DNA of 64,000 nucleotides from Gnetum montanum (GCA_015680685.1 MNCI01002706.1:304712-368711); one strand, 5' to 3'. Counted from the stretch's first letter, positions 26,301 to 41,325 are shown. The notes: generated by a model not told the origin, from the sequence alone. Program-made: numbers and translations.

Positions 26301-28295
26301 AAGTATGCAGACAATGTGTAGATAAATTTGAAATCAAAAAGTGCTTGTATGTAGCAACCATAAAGTAAGAGGGTACCTAGTGGCTAATAGCTAATCCTAA
26401 AAGTAGCACACTTTGCATGGAACCAACTAAGAACTTAACATGTGCCTATGTTAAGGACATAGATGAGCTAGAGTAAGTTCATCATCAAATCTCCAATGAT
26501 GAACCTAATGATACTTATTGGGAAGAGTTGGAAATCCTTGAAAATTTCAAACATGAGCCCCTAGAGTTGAAAACTATACTTGCCAGCATGAAGTATGCAT
26601 TTCTGAAAAATGGCAAGCTAGTGATAATCAATGCTAATCTTGCTCTTGTGCAAAAAAAGATGCTGCTAAACATGGTTAATAAATGGCCAATATTCTTTTC
26701 TTCGTCATATCCTAAACTTACTAAAATTGATCCTAGGATATGCCAACATCACATCTATACTGATCCATCCATCAAGTTGAAGAGGTAGCCACAGCAACAG
26801 CTAAACCCTAAATTGAAGTAGATTATCAAAGAAAAAAGAGGAAATTGAACAACTCCTCAAAGCAGGGTTCATCTACTCAATTGTGAATAATGACTAGGTT
26901 AGACCACTCATAATTGTTCCAAAGAAAGGTGACAATTGGATGGTTTGTATTGACTTCAGGTTGGTGAACATGGTGACCTACAAATGAAGTGAATGGCACT
27001 GTGGTCAATTTCCTTATAAACATCTCTTTGTTGGTGCAATAAATGAACAAGTACCCGCTAAGCCTACATGGTATGATGGCATCCTAACCTATCTTCTCAC
27101 TCAAAAGATGCTACAAGATGTGGACCATAGGAAGAAATAACAATTTCTTCATCAAGCCAAATGCTTCATGAAAATTAATAAACATCTTTACAAGGTGTGC
27201 ACTGATGGCCTAGTTCGTTGGCATGTTCTTGATGCCAATTAATTGTGCATTCTCCAAGATGTTCACAAGGGTCCTTGTGGGGACCACAAGATCCTGATGG
27301 TAGGGTATTATTACCCAACACTCTACAGGGACACCCATCAATTCATTTGCTCTTGTGAACACTGTCAATAAGATGGTGGGATGACCATTTGAATGAAGGG
27401 ACCTTAACAATGGATCCAACCACTAAAATCCCTTGATATCTAGGGCATAGACTTCATGGATCCCATCACACCCATGTCAAACAAAAAGGTGTACATAATA
27501 GATGTTGTTGGCAATTGTACGAAATGGGCAGAAGCAGAAGCCATCACCAACTGTACATCTTCCACTACTACTCAGTTTGTACAACAACAATTTTGTAAAC
27601 AGGTTTGGGGTGCCATGTGCACTAATTTTTGACAATGGTACTCATTTTACAGATGCTACTTTTTGCAAGCTCATGTAACGCTTGGGGGTTGAACATAAAT
27701 TAACAACACCTTACCATCCCCAAGCTAATGGTCAAACTAAGGTTACTAATAAGAAGATCTCAAAAATTGTAATGAGAATAATTAGCAAATATAGGAGAGA
27801 CTGGAGCATAAATCTCAATGACACCCTTTAGGCATACCACTCAACATGGGAACTCCCTATAGGCTACTCTCCTTATGAGCTATTATACAGAAAATTACCA
27901 ACTCTTCCAATCCAATCTGAGCTCCGTACACTTTCAACAACCTATGACCTTGACCTTGACCTTATCCTAGCATACAAAGAAAGACTAATCAACCTCAATG
28001 CACTAAATGAGAATTGATTGATGGCCCTATCCTTGAATGAAGTGCATAAGAGATTCAACAAGAAATTCCATAACCTTAGGATAAGGAAAGTAAAATGTTA
28101 ACCTAGAGATAAGGTCCTCTATTGGAACCCCACACATGTGCCTCAATGAAGTAAGTTCCAAAAATTGTGAGAAGGGCCTTATATTATTTACAAAACCTTT
28201 CCTTCTAAAGTCATGTTGATCTACAAACCTAAGAGCCTAAACAAAAAGCAACTGGTCAACATGCAACAAGTAAAATCTTTCCATGAGTCTAAGTA
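23323..28295 (+). pseudogene. Element A gag-pol remnant: gag, protease, truncated RT, integrase; RT core and RNase H deleted
   Basis: Protease ALLDSCSSVNLI..IIMGRAWL (about 25890-26140). RT start IVPKKGDNWMVCIDFRLVN ends at about 26985. Integrase GIDFMDPI..KWAEAEA..TPYHPQANGQ (about 27440-27740). Confidence 0.85.
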
Positions 28296-29739
28296 AGCCA
28301 GTGAAAGTAATTCCTCCTCATATGGACAACCACGCTCAATTTTTTGATCTCCTCCTTCCAACTCAGTTGTTGGAGAGATGGCCATCTATGTTAATCAATA
28401 AAAGTAACTCCTAAATTTTTGTACTTTTTTGTTTTACACTTTCTTTCTTTTTACACTTTTTGTTTTACACTTTCTTAGTTTTTATAACTTTTTATTTAAG
28501 ACTTTATTATTATTTTCACAAATTTTTTACAACATTGTTAGTACATTTTAACTTTCTTGAATATTTTACAATTTCTTTTATACTTTACTTTATTTTATGT
28601 GTGGATTTTCTTATTGTTTCCTAATAAATTACTTTCTTGCCAATAGGACACAGTGATGCTATAGTTGTTCACTAATGATGGTTTGTACTTAATGTTTTGA
28701 ATTTTGATGACTGATGAGTAAGACAAAGTTTCTTTTTCATGACACAGGTCATGAGTCCATGTCATCCACCCATCCACCAACTCTATGGTCTTCCGGTGGT
28801 GAAAATATGAGATCCCTTTTCATTAATGAAACTTTAACAAACCTATGACCTTGGTAGTTTCTAGACTTGGGAAAGATTTAAAGGTTTGAAAAGGGTGTGA
28901 CTTCAAGGATATTCAATGCTCTCTATGCCTTTCTACTTATTTGAGTGCACTTGTGTTTTGAAGGATTTCTTATGATTCTATGTTGACCAATAATAGGAAG
29001 CAAATAATTCTTTGCATGGTGTGGTTCCCATCCAAAAATCCATAAAAACATAAAATACAAAAACAAAATAGGATGGGAATTCAAAGCACACCCCTCAGAC
29101 AAAATAATAGGCTACAAGCACTAGTTATGGGACTAGAAAGATATGTTACCCATGCCTGAAGGTCCCCTCTAACTAAGGCCCTTTCTCACTTTGTGCTTCT
29201 CTTTTCTTCTCTAAGAAGGAATAGTGATTGATTTGTAGAAGCATTCTTATGTCTCGAGGGGGTGGTCTAGTCTTAGAGTGGTGATGCAAACTCACTGAAA
29301 GTGGTTGGCTTTGGTTTGGACTAAGGATGTACTTTATTGAATCATTTGACCATGAAATCCACAAGGGACTTCATGTGACTATGATTAGGAACTCCATTTC
29401 ATCTTCTCTCGCATTCATCAATGCTTTCCATAATTCACCTCATTGTTGGTTTCCATGTCTTGTTCAATGTCTTAGTTTGATGTATTAAAGTTCTTAGGTA
29501 GATTCTTCCAAATTCAGGCCTTCACTTTTCATAACCATTAATCAACCATGGGGTCCATGGACTCCTTGGATTGAAGATATGCAAGGGCAAAAAGAACATG
29601 AGGCTACTATGGAAAGGACCCACTTGCATATCTCTTAGTTTGGTTAGTTAAGTTCCTTATCCTTAGGCATTTCAGCAATCAAATCTTTCATGCACTCCAT
29701 TAGTTGCATCTAACTATGCACTCCTTAAGGCATTTTCTA

Positions 29740-32350
29740 CATGAGATTTCATTCTTCTATTTAATTCTCAAGCAAATCATGAACAAGGAGGTCTAGAAAT
29801 TTGTGCTTCAAGAATTAAACTTTGGACCTTTCTTGGAGTTTGGACCATCAAAAGTTAAAACTCAACTGTAGAACTCTCCCATGTGGGCCACAATCACTTC
29901 CAAATAGGAGTAGTACATGGGAGAGACATACCTTTTCTAGAACAATCAACAAGCCAGTTCAATAGTTAAGATCAAGGACATTTCAGTGTCCTACTTGGTG
30001 CATGCCATCGCAAAGACCCTTGGGTTACCAGAAACTCGGGAAAACCTTGCAAAGATCCCAACGTAAGTAGATCCTGGTGTTAAGAAAGAATGGACAAAGT
30101 GGTGTTATAGAGTAGACCACAAGGAGTTTGGTGCACTAACCATGGTGGAATGTGCATTTTAAGATTGTAGCCTTCTACCTCAATCCAATGATGAGGCCAA
30201 GTAATATCATAGCTTTCTTTGCCCATGCATGTGTTGCTCTAAGCAATAGATTCCCAGTCAACCCTCCATAATTAATCTATCTTAAGATAGAGAAGTAATT
30301 TAAAGAAAATGAACATGAACGAAAGGCACTCCACTTCCCATGTCTCATCTAAAAATTATGCAAGAGGGGAGGCATAACATACTATATAAATGATGTTGTC
30401 TGACATGCTTTGTCCACTTTCTAGGTAGAGATTATGAAGGATAAAGTGTCTACCAAGTCATCCAAGAAGAGGAGCAGCAACCACCACCTCCAAAACCTAC
30501 TCAAAAAACAATGTTGGAGTCCCACATTACCCTTGAGTGCATGAGCAAGATTCAAGTGCATCTCTTACAAGAGTAGGAGCAATGAGCAGGAACAAGTGGT
30601 GGTGATCCATTTTTGTATCATCAAGTGATGAATCACCTCAATAAAGTGGCTTGAACCATTATCCAGATGAAAGGAGGTGCTCTCAACCCAAATAATGTAG
30701 CTACCCATGAGATTAAATCTTAATACCTGAGAGATAACGATATCTCACTCTTAGCAGCAGCAATTACTATAAATCTCTGGAAACGCCACTATTTTTTTTG
30801 GTGCATCTAGAAAAGGGCAAGGGAGAAACTTTCTTGGTGATGTAGCACCATGGGCACAACATAGTAGTAGAGGTCAATGCTGATAGAATTGCTGAAGCAT
30901 TGAATGCACCTACAACATTTGTACTAGATGTTTCTACACTCAGAGATTTTTAGACGTCTATAAGAACCCTTAGCAATAGATTGAGTGTAGCCTAGCACAA
31001 AGAGTTGCTAGATTAATTGGTGGAAACTGGACAATTTATTTTAGATGTCTTTTACCTTCTAGATACAATCACTGTAACCTTGTTGAAGCTACTAGAAGCA
31101 AAGGACAACTACATCATATTGGAGGGGCAACTCAAAATAGCCCAAGCACAAAACTAATGCTTGGATGCGAAGGTAGCTAAATTAAGAGCCTATCTTGCTG
31201 ATCCCACATTTCTTAAGCCTACACTAATAAGGGATGAAGCCTTCAAGTAGCTTAAAGGTAGGCTCAAAAAGATTAAAAACAAGAAGAAGATGGTCATCTT
31301 CGACCCATCCATGGCTAATGCCAAAATATACATCATTCAGAAGGACTTGTTCTAGATGCCTCATGAGAATGAAATTCTAACCATAGAAAATCATTTCCTA
31401 TGGAATGTTGATGTGTAAAAGTAGCAAATGCAAGATTTTATCAATCAACAGTAGGAGTAGCTAACCAGAGTAAATAATGAATTGAGGAGATTGATATTCA
31501 AAAATAGAAATCTCTCCATGGAGAAAGTTCGTGCCCTTCACCAAAAGTTCATAATTAAGATAGCTACCCAGAAGAAAGAGGCTCTCTAATTTGAGAGAGT
31601 CAAAAATCATTATAGAGATTAGGTTGGTCTACAAAAGGAAATTAATGAAAAAGAAATCCAACTAATGAAGGCAAAGATAAATGAGGCCCTCTAGCAACTC
31701 CTGCACGAAGGTAATGTGTGGCAACCTATCTTTGATAGGTTGAATGGATACAACAAAGTGAAAATCTACATAAAGGAGTTGCAGATCAAGAAGATGACAA
31801 AGTACATGGGGCTTCTCAATCTCCATTATGCAAATCTAGTGATGCTGACTACTGATAGGCTATGGCTAGAATTGAAGAAACAAGTGGCCAACTCATACTT
31901 GTTGTACGAGGCAAAGTTCAAGCATCACAAAGACATCAAGCAAAAGCTTGAAATTTCCAACACCAAACTCAAGGTTCTCAAGGTGAAGTTCACTGATCAA
32001 CAATCAACTACTAAGAACTTACCCAAGTTAATGAATGACTACCAAGAGCTACACAATGCACTCAAAGCATTCGATATCGAATGTAAATAGTTTGCTGCCT
32101 AGTTTGTGAACATTAAGGAGCTTTTCCCTACAATGCCCTATCCATAGAATACTTCCATTCTAACCTACAATGACAAAGCCATGTGAACTATCAATGATCC
32201 CCCAAAGTAAGGAGGAGAAGATAAAGGCACTATTGGATGCCTTTCATCTTCCACCAGAAGTGGCAGCTATAGGACAACCAGCATGTGCATCTGAAGCAAT
32301 AGAAGCCTCTTTGGAGCCTCAAGAGCCACCATTGCCTAGGACCATTTGAT
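29740..32350 (+). pseudogene. Element A accessory ORF2 (Transposase_32/PMD-like N-domain + long coiled coil), disrupted
   Basis: KIKDISVSYLVHAIAKTLGLP..YLNPMMRPS..FPVNPP*LIYLKIEK..LHFPCLI*KLCKRGG; coiled coil includes ORF 31716-32090. Confidence 0.75.
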
Positions 32351-32922
32351 CCTCTTCAATGTCTTCAATCCATCTAAGGAATTATGTTTGTCAATTTTGT
32401 CCTAGTGATCAATTTTTTTGTTCTGAAAACCAAAATTTTGTAATCAATGTAAAATTGTACACTTCAACACTTAGTTTTTGTTGTGTTGTTTGTGTGTTTT
32501 TTTTTTGTCAGTCAGTAATCCCATACCTTTCCAAATTTTGTAAAGAGCTTGATGACAAGTTTTCATTCAATCATGGGGGTATGATGAAACATAATGGTTT
32601 AGGTACGTCGACGGGATGCTGTCGATGCAACCTTATCAATGTGATCCCATTGATGCAAGGTTTGATTCATTGATGTGTACCCATTGATGAGGCATCCCAT
32701 TTTCACCTATAAATGTGAACCATCTACCACATTTATGACATTCTTTTCATAAGTTTTAGTGAACCTCTAGCCATTTTTCTTCCCAAAAGTTAGAATATTT
32801 TCTAAGTGCCATCAATAGCAGTCAAAGAGTGTATGGATCTAGTTTTCACTCATCAATAATCCCATAACTTCCCAAATTTTGTAAAGAACTTAATGATGAG
32901 TTTTCATTCAATCATGGAGGTA

Positions 32923-33769
32923 TGATGAAGCATCATAGTTTGGCTGTGTTGATGGGATGTCATCGATGGAACCTCATCAACATGATTTTGTTGACGTAGG
33001 GTTTAACTTGTTGATGTGTACCCATCGATGAGGCACCCTATTTATACCTATAAATGTGCACTGTCCACTACATTTATGGCATTCTTTTCATAAGTTGTAG
33101 TGAATATCTAGTAGTTTTTCTTCCTGAAAGTTAGAATATTTTCTAAGTGCCCATAGTAAGAGTCAAAGAGTGTACAGATCTTTATTTGAGCAATATTATA
33201 CCTGAGCACTGCAATGTGCAATAATAAAGATGAGCTTTCTAATAAACCTTGTAGCACTTGGATTAGATTAAATGTTTTATTTATGCATTTAATATTTTAA
33301 AAAATTTCCTTTAATTTTTTAAGTAATTAAGTAATTACTTAAGATAAATTAAATAACACTTAATTAAAACACATAATGCTTGGTAATCTCAATAATGCTT
33401 AATGTTTGGTAACCTATTAGCATTATATTTGTTCAACATGTGTACAACAAGTGGGAACATATGCTTATGTTAGGATTAGTTAAGTGTTAGTTAGTTGATT
33501 AGATTAATTTAGTAATTAAATATCTTTATTCTTTATTCTTAGGTGACTTAGAACATAAAAAGATAAAAATCATAAGAATCATATGCCTTAGTTATACTTA
33601 ACCATACCCTTGTACTCACAAGTACAACTGGGAAAACAAAGATTGCAACAATTAATTCACCTCTTAGATTAGTGTATGTTAAAACCTAGAAGTCCTTGGA
33701 ATTCAACCAAATCATGCATAACGCTTATCATTCATATGGTTGGATGTAAGGTCTACTTGATGCTCATCA
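32923..33769 (+). repeat. 3' LTR of element A
   Basis: Preceded by PPT, ends CATCA, followed by TSD AATGT. Confidence 0.9.
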
Positions 33770-33857
33770 AATGTTTATAAAACTAGAAAAATAACCCTAG
33801 TAAAAGCTTCCCCATGTGATGATACTGGATATGTCAAGTAGCTTAGTCATGGGAACA

Positions 33858-35255
33858 TGATAAAGCATCATTTTGTTAAGTTTATCAGTCAATTGAGATA
33901 TCATAGATGCTACATCATAGATGCTATGTCGCATATGTGTTGTAGAGTCCCTGTCAATGTATCTTAGTTGGCTACTATATCATAGATGCTACATTGCATC
34001 TGTTCTATCGTAGATGTGATATTGCATCTACTACAACTTAGCTACATCGATGCATCCTCCTTGATGTAGCCATATGTGTTAACGCATCCTTGTCAACACA
34101 ATGCTTATATTTACCTATAACTATGCAAGCAACCACTGCATATTTGTTTCTATGGCTCCTTACTTGAGTGGCACTGTACCTAGACACATTCCATGAATGG
34201 CAATAAGACTAAGATTAATTCATATTCATTGTAGCACTTTGACTTAGAATAGATTTACTTTTAATGAAATTTGTTTCTATGTACATAGTTAATATTTATA
34301 TTTCCATGCATGCTAATCAATTGGTAAAATGAGCGTAACTAGTTTTGAGTGTGAACATGTATTTTCTTGGTAATCCCAGTAGCATTGTTTCTTAGTTTGC
34401 CTAGTAGCATAACACTTAGTAATTTCAATAGTGGGTATGTGAGTTTAGGATGTGTATGACAAGCTAGGAATAAATACTCATCATCCTTAGGATAGCTTAG
34501 AATTTAATTTTATCATTAATTAGATTAAATAATTAATTTATATATTATTATTAATTTAGTTTAAGGCCCTAAAAATAACAGTAATCATATGCCTCACTTT
34601 GGACTAAACCATACATGATAAAGCTATAGCTAGTCCAAGTGGAAATACAACAACCTACAATTGATGCTTAACTATCTAGATGCCACACTAGTTTCATTCA
34701 TGGAATTAGACTGGATTGCATGTGAATACTCATGATTTGTATGGTTGGACATAAGGGATACTCGCTTCTCATGATTGATGTTGTTACTAGGGATGATGAT
34801 AGTGATCAAGATTATTTATATTACAAACACGCACTGTAAAAGCATTCATGATTTATCTTTTAGGAAATATTAATATTTTAAGCCACATACATATTATTAA
34901 TTAAAAAAATGTCTCCTTCACATAGGTCAATAATTCATCACATGATGAGAGGACTAGTAGGAGAAATGATAAGATCTATATTGAAGAGAATTAGAGTGAA
35001 CCACAATAAGCAGGAATGTCATATGCTCATTTCAACCCTTACTATATTCAAGGACTACATTCAACTATTGTGGAAAATCTTGGAGGAGATGGAAAAATTT
35101 CTAAAATAAGAAGGATCTTAAGTCCTAGGACCTCATCCAAACCTAAAAGAGATGAATCAAGGAACCATAGGAAGAGATATAGAAGCCATAGTGATTCTCC
35201 CAGTTCTTAATCTTCCTCTTCCTCTTCAACATTTAGGTCTAATGAAGATGAACAT
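33858..35255 (+). mobile_element. Athila-like 5' LTR (33858-34774) + degenerate PBS + gag N-terminus, truncated by the next insertion
   Basis: TGATA start, U5 similar to the other LTRs, PBS-like tgatgttgttactaggga; gag start at 34909 is homologous to 40919-41325. Confidence 0.7.
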
Positions 35256-38200
35256 TGATGAGCAACAAGGTACCCGCTATGTCCAACCATACAAATCACA
35301 AGCGTTCACACATGATCCTATCAAATTCCATGGATGAGTCTAGTTGTGGCATCTAGATCGTTATGCTTTGATCGTAATTTTTTGTCTTCCCACTTAGACT
35401 AGTGGTCGCTTTGTCAAATATGGTTTATTCAAAATTGAGGCATATGATGTTGTCTAATTCTATGCTACTCCTAATAACAATAAAAAGATAAATTAACTAA
35501 GCTAATGAACTATGGAAAATTAGATCTAAACTAGCCTATGTGCGATGAGTATCCATCCCCAATCATCCATACACGCCATGGACTTTGTCTAACTATCACT
35601 AGGATTGCCAAGTATACGTCACTGGGTTTGCCAAATGATACATTGTTGGCTTACCAAGTACTTACACATAAGCACTCATGATTAAGTCATACTCATTCCA
35701 CATAATGATAGGAATAGTAAATAGCAATAAATGGAAACATTAACTAAAGAAAATAGTAAATAATTAAACAATTAAATAACTAAATTAATAATAAATCTAA
35801 GTTAATGTAACAATGATGGAAGTAATCTCAATCTTTATTTCTAGTCATGTAACGTGTCCAAGCACGTCATACTCAAACAAAGGTGTCATACAATTACAAA
35901 CATCACACTACGAGCATGCATTGGCAAATGCAAAAATCTAAGAAAGACTATTAAAAACTGAGAACTAAAACTATTCTTTTTTTATATCTCAACCATGCAC
36001 CCAAGTGTTATATTTATAGGCTAGCACAGGAGAGGTGATATCAAGTATCCAACATCATTTCTTAGGACCCGATATCACATATTCGATATCAAGGCCAACA
36101 AATTCATGACTCATCATAACCCCATGAATAAATGAAAACTTGTCCTCAAGTTAAAAAAATGAGGAAAAGGTTCCTTACAAAATATTGAAAAGGTATGGAA
36201 TTATTAACTAACTTAAACATCAAAAAAAATAAAACAATTGACTTTTACATGCCACAGTGGTGTTTCACAAAAATTGGAACACAATATTACAAAATGCAAA
36301 ATTGGGGAAGCTCATGTTGTTCCTAGAGGTGGTGGCTCTTCCATCGAGCACTTCCCTTTGTTGCCAAGCTTGTGAAATTTGTAGTGATCAAGAAATTCCT
36401 ACAACTTTTCTTCTTCTATTCGTGGGTCATGTACCATCCAGGCTATTAAACCAATGCGTGCTAGTGCTAGTACATCCCAAGGACATGGCAATTGCAGAAA
36501 CATCTTATTGTGCTTTACATACTAGGCTGCAAACTATCGTCATTCTTCCTTAAAGGCCCTAGCTTTCTCTCTTAATTATTGATAATCTATTAATTTCCAA
36601 GCTAGGTCTAAGCTGAAATCCTTCTTTCCATGGTAGCTAGCTTTAACCACCTTTAATTCCAAGTTTGTCACATGGAGCTTTTGCAAAGCTAGCTAAACTC
36701 TTTTTTATAGAATGAATAAGTGGTTGCTACTTGTTTTTCTAGCTTGCTTTTGGGCCAACCTACTATTAACATGGAAAGGTTGGCATATCTGAGGTTAGCC
36801 AATGCTATGTATTCCTTCAAATCTTGAATCTGCAAATCTTTGTTTTTTACTTCTACTTGATGAACCAATGAATAACTATCCAAGATGAGTTGCCAGTCAA
36901 GATTTCACACTGACATGGCTCCAATACTAGCTTTAGCCATCTGGATTTCTTTTTCATTTATTTGCTCATACATGCCTACTTGGTTGCAAAATGTTCCTTC
37001 AACTTCTCATGTTTCCTGGCCTCATTTTTCCACGTGTTGATTTTGATTGCTAACTTTTTTTAAATAGTGTAGACCTCCTCCATTAAGAAGGTTCTTTTTT
37101 CCCTGGCCAATCTACTAATATCCTAGTTGACCCTCATCAGTTGCTCCCTCAACTAATGGAAACTTTCTTCTAGAATATTCCTTTGTTGTTCAATGGTGAT
37201 CAACCTGGAGTTTTTTGCAGTGAGCTATTTATTCTCCTCCTAAGTGATAATCAATGCCTTTTTGTAAGCATGGGATTGTGCATCAAAAACAAAGGAATTT
37301 CAAACTACCATCTCTTTTTCTTGCTCAGTAGCTTTATTTTCATCAATCAACTTGATCATCTACTCTATTCTAAATTGCTCTACTTGGTCAAGCATGATAA
37401 ATTGAGTAGGATCTCATCTTTCAGCTCTTAGGGTGGCCAACTCTTATTGTAACCATTGCACCTCTACTTCTGCATGCTCTACCCTAGTCTCTACCATAAC
37501 TAGTTTTCCTTTAGTGGGAATGAGGTTTGATTGTGTTGTAGCAACATCACTATGGATGTCAAATAAGGTAGTCACTTCCCACAATAATTGATCTAATACA
37601 TCCTCATGTACCATAGGACTCATAAAGTCCTAGTAAGCATTTGAGCATCTCTAGCCCTAGTTAAATCTACTGAGGGCACAACAAGCACATTGAATGATTT
37701 TTTAATGTGGTTTATAAGCACTTCAACTATGCCTACCACATCCTAATGCTACATTACCACAACTGTGGCACCTTCTCCTATCTCAAGCATCACTTGGAAG
37801 GATGCAACATTTCTAGAGATTTTTCTGAACAACTTCAATTTTTCTACTAATTGTAGTGAGATCTACCCTCTTATTAGATCAACTGAAATGGTGGGCTACA
37901 CCTCATCCAAGTCTCCAAAGAGGCTTGATTCTTCCCTACTTCCCCAACTGAGTGTCTTAGCAATTTTCTGTAGGTGGCTCATTGAGGATCTATAGTCTTG
38001 TGGTGGTGGCAATGGCAAAGCTTCCATTTCAAGGAACTATTTAGGCTCTCATTCTACTTCTTTTTCTAGTTCAACTTCCTTCTCTAGTTCTTGTTCTTCA
38101 CCAAGTTCTTTCCTAGGTACTGTAGGTTTGAGCAACTCTATGAAGGAAGCGTTTTGAACTTTCTTGGGAACATCATTTGTGTACCCCTAGGATTCCAGTG

Positions 38201-41200
38201 TGCTTGCATAACTTTCTACTTAGGTAAGGGAATAGAAGAATTAGCTTCTCTACCTTTTTCTCCTCAAACCACCTTTGGGTCTCTATGCAATATAGCTAGG
38301 GAAGGTTGGCTACATACTTGCGCATTAGGATGGCATTTCCCCTAGCTACATAGGTGGAGATTCAGTTGAGCCCTTTGGTGGAAAACAAGTGATATGTCCC
38401 TATTTTGAAACAAGTTCTTTCCTCTAAAGTTAATTCATTGTATGTCTTTTCATCTTTACTGTATGCCTGCCTCAGCCACAGCCTTCTTGTGTTGAGGTCA
38501 AATCTTGTAGACAAATGGGCTAACTTAGCCCTTTCATTTGGTAAATTCAAAGCTTCGCTAATTTCTTTAACTAAGAAGTTAACATTGACTCCACAAATGC
38601 TAACTTTGGTGCCTTCCTCCTTTTTATGCCAGAATTGATATGTTTCTCTAAGATGCCACTCACCACTATCTCAAAGAATAGGCCACAAAGGTGATGCCTG
38701 AAGTTGTGTCCAAATTACTTCTAGAGAAAATTCCATAAATGGATCAAAGTTCATCTCCATGATGATCATGGTCAACATGGATTTTTCTAGAATGGCCTCA
38801 AGGAATTCCAAGGACAACATGAGATGTTGTCCTTACATAGGGGCCTACGGTTCTACAACCTCTCCTTGGACCAACTGTCCTATGATAGGAGCCTCTTGGT
38901 GAATGTTGAATGAGTGAGCTTCCTACTTCTCATGCTTTGCACGTTCACCTTGTTGGCCTCAGCCACCTCATGGGTGCTTAGCTGCTCACTACAAAGGTTC
39001 TCCTTGTGCTCCTATTTTAGGACCATCTACAATCAAGCAAAGATTTGGTGATAATAACGTTGTGTTCTTTATCATTAATCAATTTACACCTTACTCGTTG
39101 CCTTAGTTCATATGATTGTAGAGTTAGAAAAAGTTTTAGGAAAAATCCCAAAAAGTATTTATCATCTTTTACAACCCTTTGCAATTGATTCCTTTTTCCT
39201 TGTGTGTGGCTTATTATAATGATAATGGCTCCTTGGGTGAAAAGATTAAAGTTTTTGGCATTATTATGATTGATTTTTTAGTATAACACTTATGGTTTTT
39301 AACATTATTACCCTTATAATATCCTTTGGGCAATAGCAAATTTCAAAAAAGTGGTGCAAGTTTTGCATGCAAGCATCCCCCCACAACTAAGTTGAACACT
39401 CCAGGATCAAATAGGTTCAACTGATATGAGAATCAGAGTGGTAGAGAGCTAAATATTACAAGTTGTAGTTGGTTGCGTAGAGCTCTAATTGGCAAGAGAA
39501 AATTTAAACAACTTCCCTAGCTACAAATGATGAAAATAAAGTTTGGGCACCACTGGGATCATATATATAGGTTTTGTGCAACTTGATATCAAGTATCCAA
39601 CATTATGTTCCACTTGATATCGGGTACTTGATACCAAGGTCCATGAATAAGCATCTTATGGGGGTACTGAGCATAAGAAATGAAGCCCTAGGTTGATTGG
39701 AAGGTTAAGAATGATGTGGTTGTGTCAAACAAGTACAAGTTACAAAAGGTACACAAGTGGATCATCCCCAAAGTAGGCTCTAACCTATAATGTCCTTATG
39801 TAACCACACCTACAAATGTCCATAGGCACTAAAGGGGTTGAATGAAATGCATACCTATGCAACAAAACACACATGTTAAAACCACCAATTTGAGATAATA
39901 ACTTTATGTTACACAAAACCACAAGTTAGGATCAAACAGACAGCAAGATGAGATAGACTATAGAAAGGATTGCAGAAATTGGGACATGAGCTATCTTACG
40001 ATGGGCACAATGAATCCTTGTGTGTTATTAATGGTTAAATAATCATGGATCCTTCTTTCTAAGATTCAAACCAAGTTCAAACTACATTTCAATGACATCA
40101 CATCATTTCATCATGTTAGCAAACAACCAAAAGACAATCATAGTTACAAGGAGTAACATCACATAGCATTTTTTCCAAGGGAGGAGCTTATTTATGGCAC
40201 AACCCTTTTTTCTTTATTTTTCTCTCTTTTTCTTTTTTATGGAAGTTCTAAGAAGCCTCCAACTTTCAAGCATGGGTACATGTCTTTCTAGTGGAGCCTA
40301 TAGAATTTATTCAATGTCTTTTTATGGTACTCTTACTTCCATTTTTCATTAGATCTACAAGGATATAATTATAGCCTCAAGAACATCATAGAACATATAG
40401 AAGTGTCCAAAGAGAATCCACAAATCCCCTTGATGTCACAGCCCTTACATTTTGCCTTGGTTCTACACTCTACTGCCTGGACACAATGATTATGGATTTA
40501 TTTTTAGGTTGGATGATGAAAAAGAATATCATTATGACTAGAGCAAGAACCTCTTATTAATGGGATGGGTGGATGGATGACATGGTCTCACTATCTGAAT
40601 AATTAGTCCCTTATGACTCAACAACATAGAGAAAACCTCACCTCAATGGGCAACATGATTGTTTTATTCACTTTCAATATTGTAGAAAGCATAGGCATCA
40701 TGGAAGGCTTGTAAATGATGTTGCAAATCTGAATCATAGCCTCTTGAAAATTTAGAAATATTATTCATATTAAGCCTGGGTAGGCGATTCTCTTTGTGAT
40801 GCCTATGAGATATCTTAACTACCTCTATGATCTACATTAGGCTTTCAGTGGCCAAAAAGGGTTCATTGTCATCAAACAAGTTGTGATGAAAATTTCTATT
40901 TGATTGATTATGAAGATTTTATCTATGTTCATGTTGATGACTGTGAGTGTTCCTGTGGGTTTGATTTTTGTTTCTATTCCAACCCTTTAGTGGAGCTTTA
41001 CCTTCACACCTACATTCATCTTCGTCAAAACTAGACGTTGAAAGGGAAGAAGAAGATGAGGAACTGGAAGGATTGCCATGGCTTCTATGGTGTTGCCCAA
41101 GGTCCTTTGATTTATCATTTCTTGGTTTTGAGGAGGTCTTAGGCCTTGAGGCCTCCCCTAGTTTAGGACTTACATCATCTCCTCCAAGATTGTTTGTCCT

Positions 41201-41325
41201 AGGTGAATGTAGTCTTTGAGTGTTGTTAGGGTGGTCATGAACATAAGAAGCCCCTACATTAGGTTTCTCACTCCAACTTTCTTCACCATATATCTCATTA
41301 GTTCTCCAATGAATGTTTCTATTAT
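35256..41325 (-). mobile_element. Athila-like element B (3' LTR 35256-36116, PPT, ORF2 about 36315-38990, short gag N-terminus about 40700-41325; no pol)
   Basis: LTR TGATG..CATCA, PPT reverse complement taaccccatg at 36117-36126; ORF2 homologous to elements A, C and D (LANLRYANLSML). Confidence 0.8.

Larger units (their letters stand above)
22314..33769 (+). mobile_element. Full-length, decayed Athila-like Ty3/gypsy element A with 5-bp TSD AATGT
   Basis: 5' LTR 22314-23164 and 3' LTR 32923-33769, both TGATG...CATCA. TSD AATGT at 22309-22313 and 33770-33774. Degenerate tRNA-Asp PBS (tggtgtcattgctaagga) and PPT catggaggta. Confidence 0.92.

Noticed and set aside
29740-32350. Calling Athila-like ORF2 a true retroviral envelope
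   Set aside because: No signal peptide or clear transmembrane segment seen; the architecture is a soluble domain plus coiled coil.
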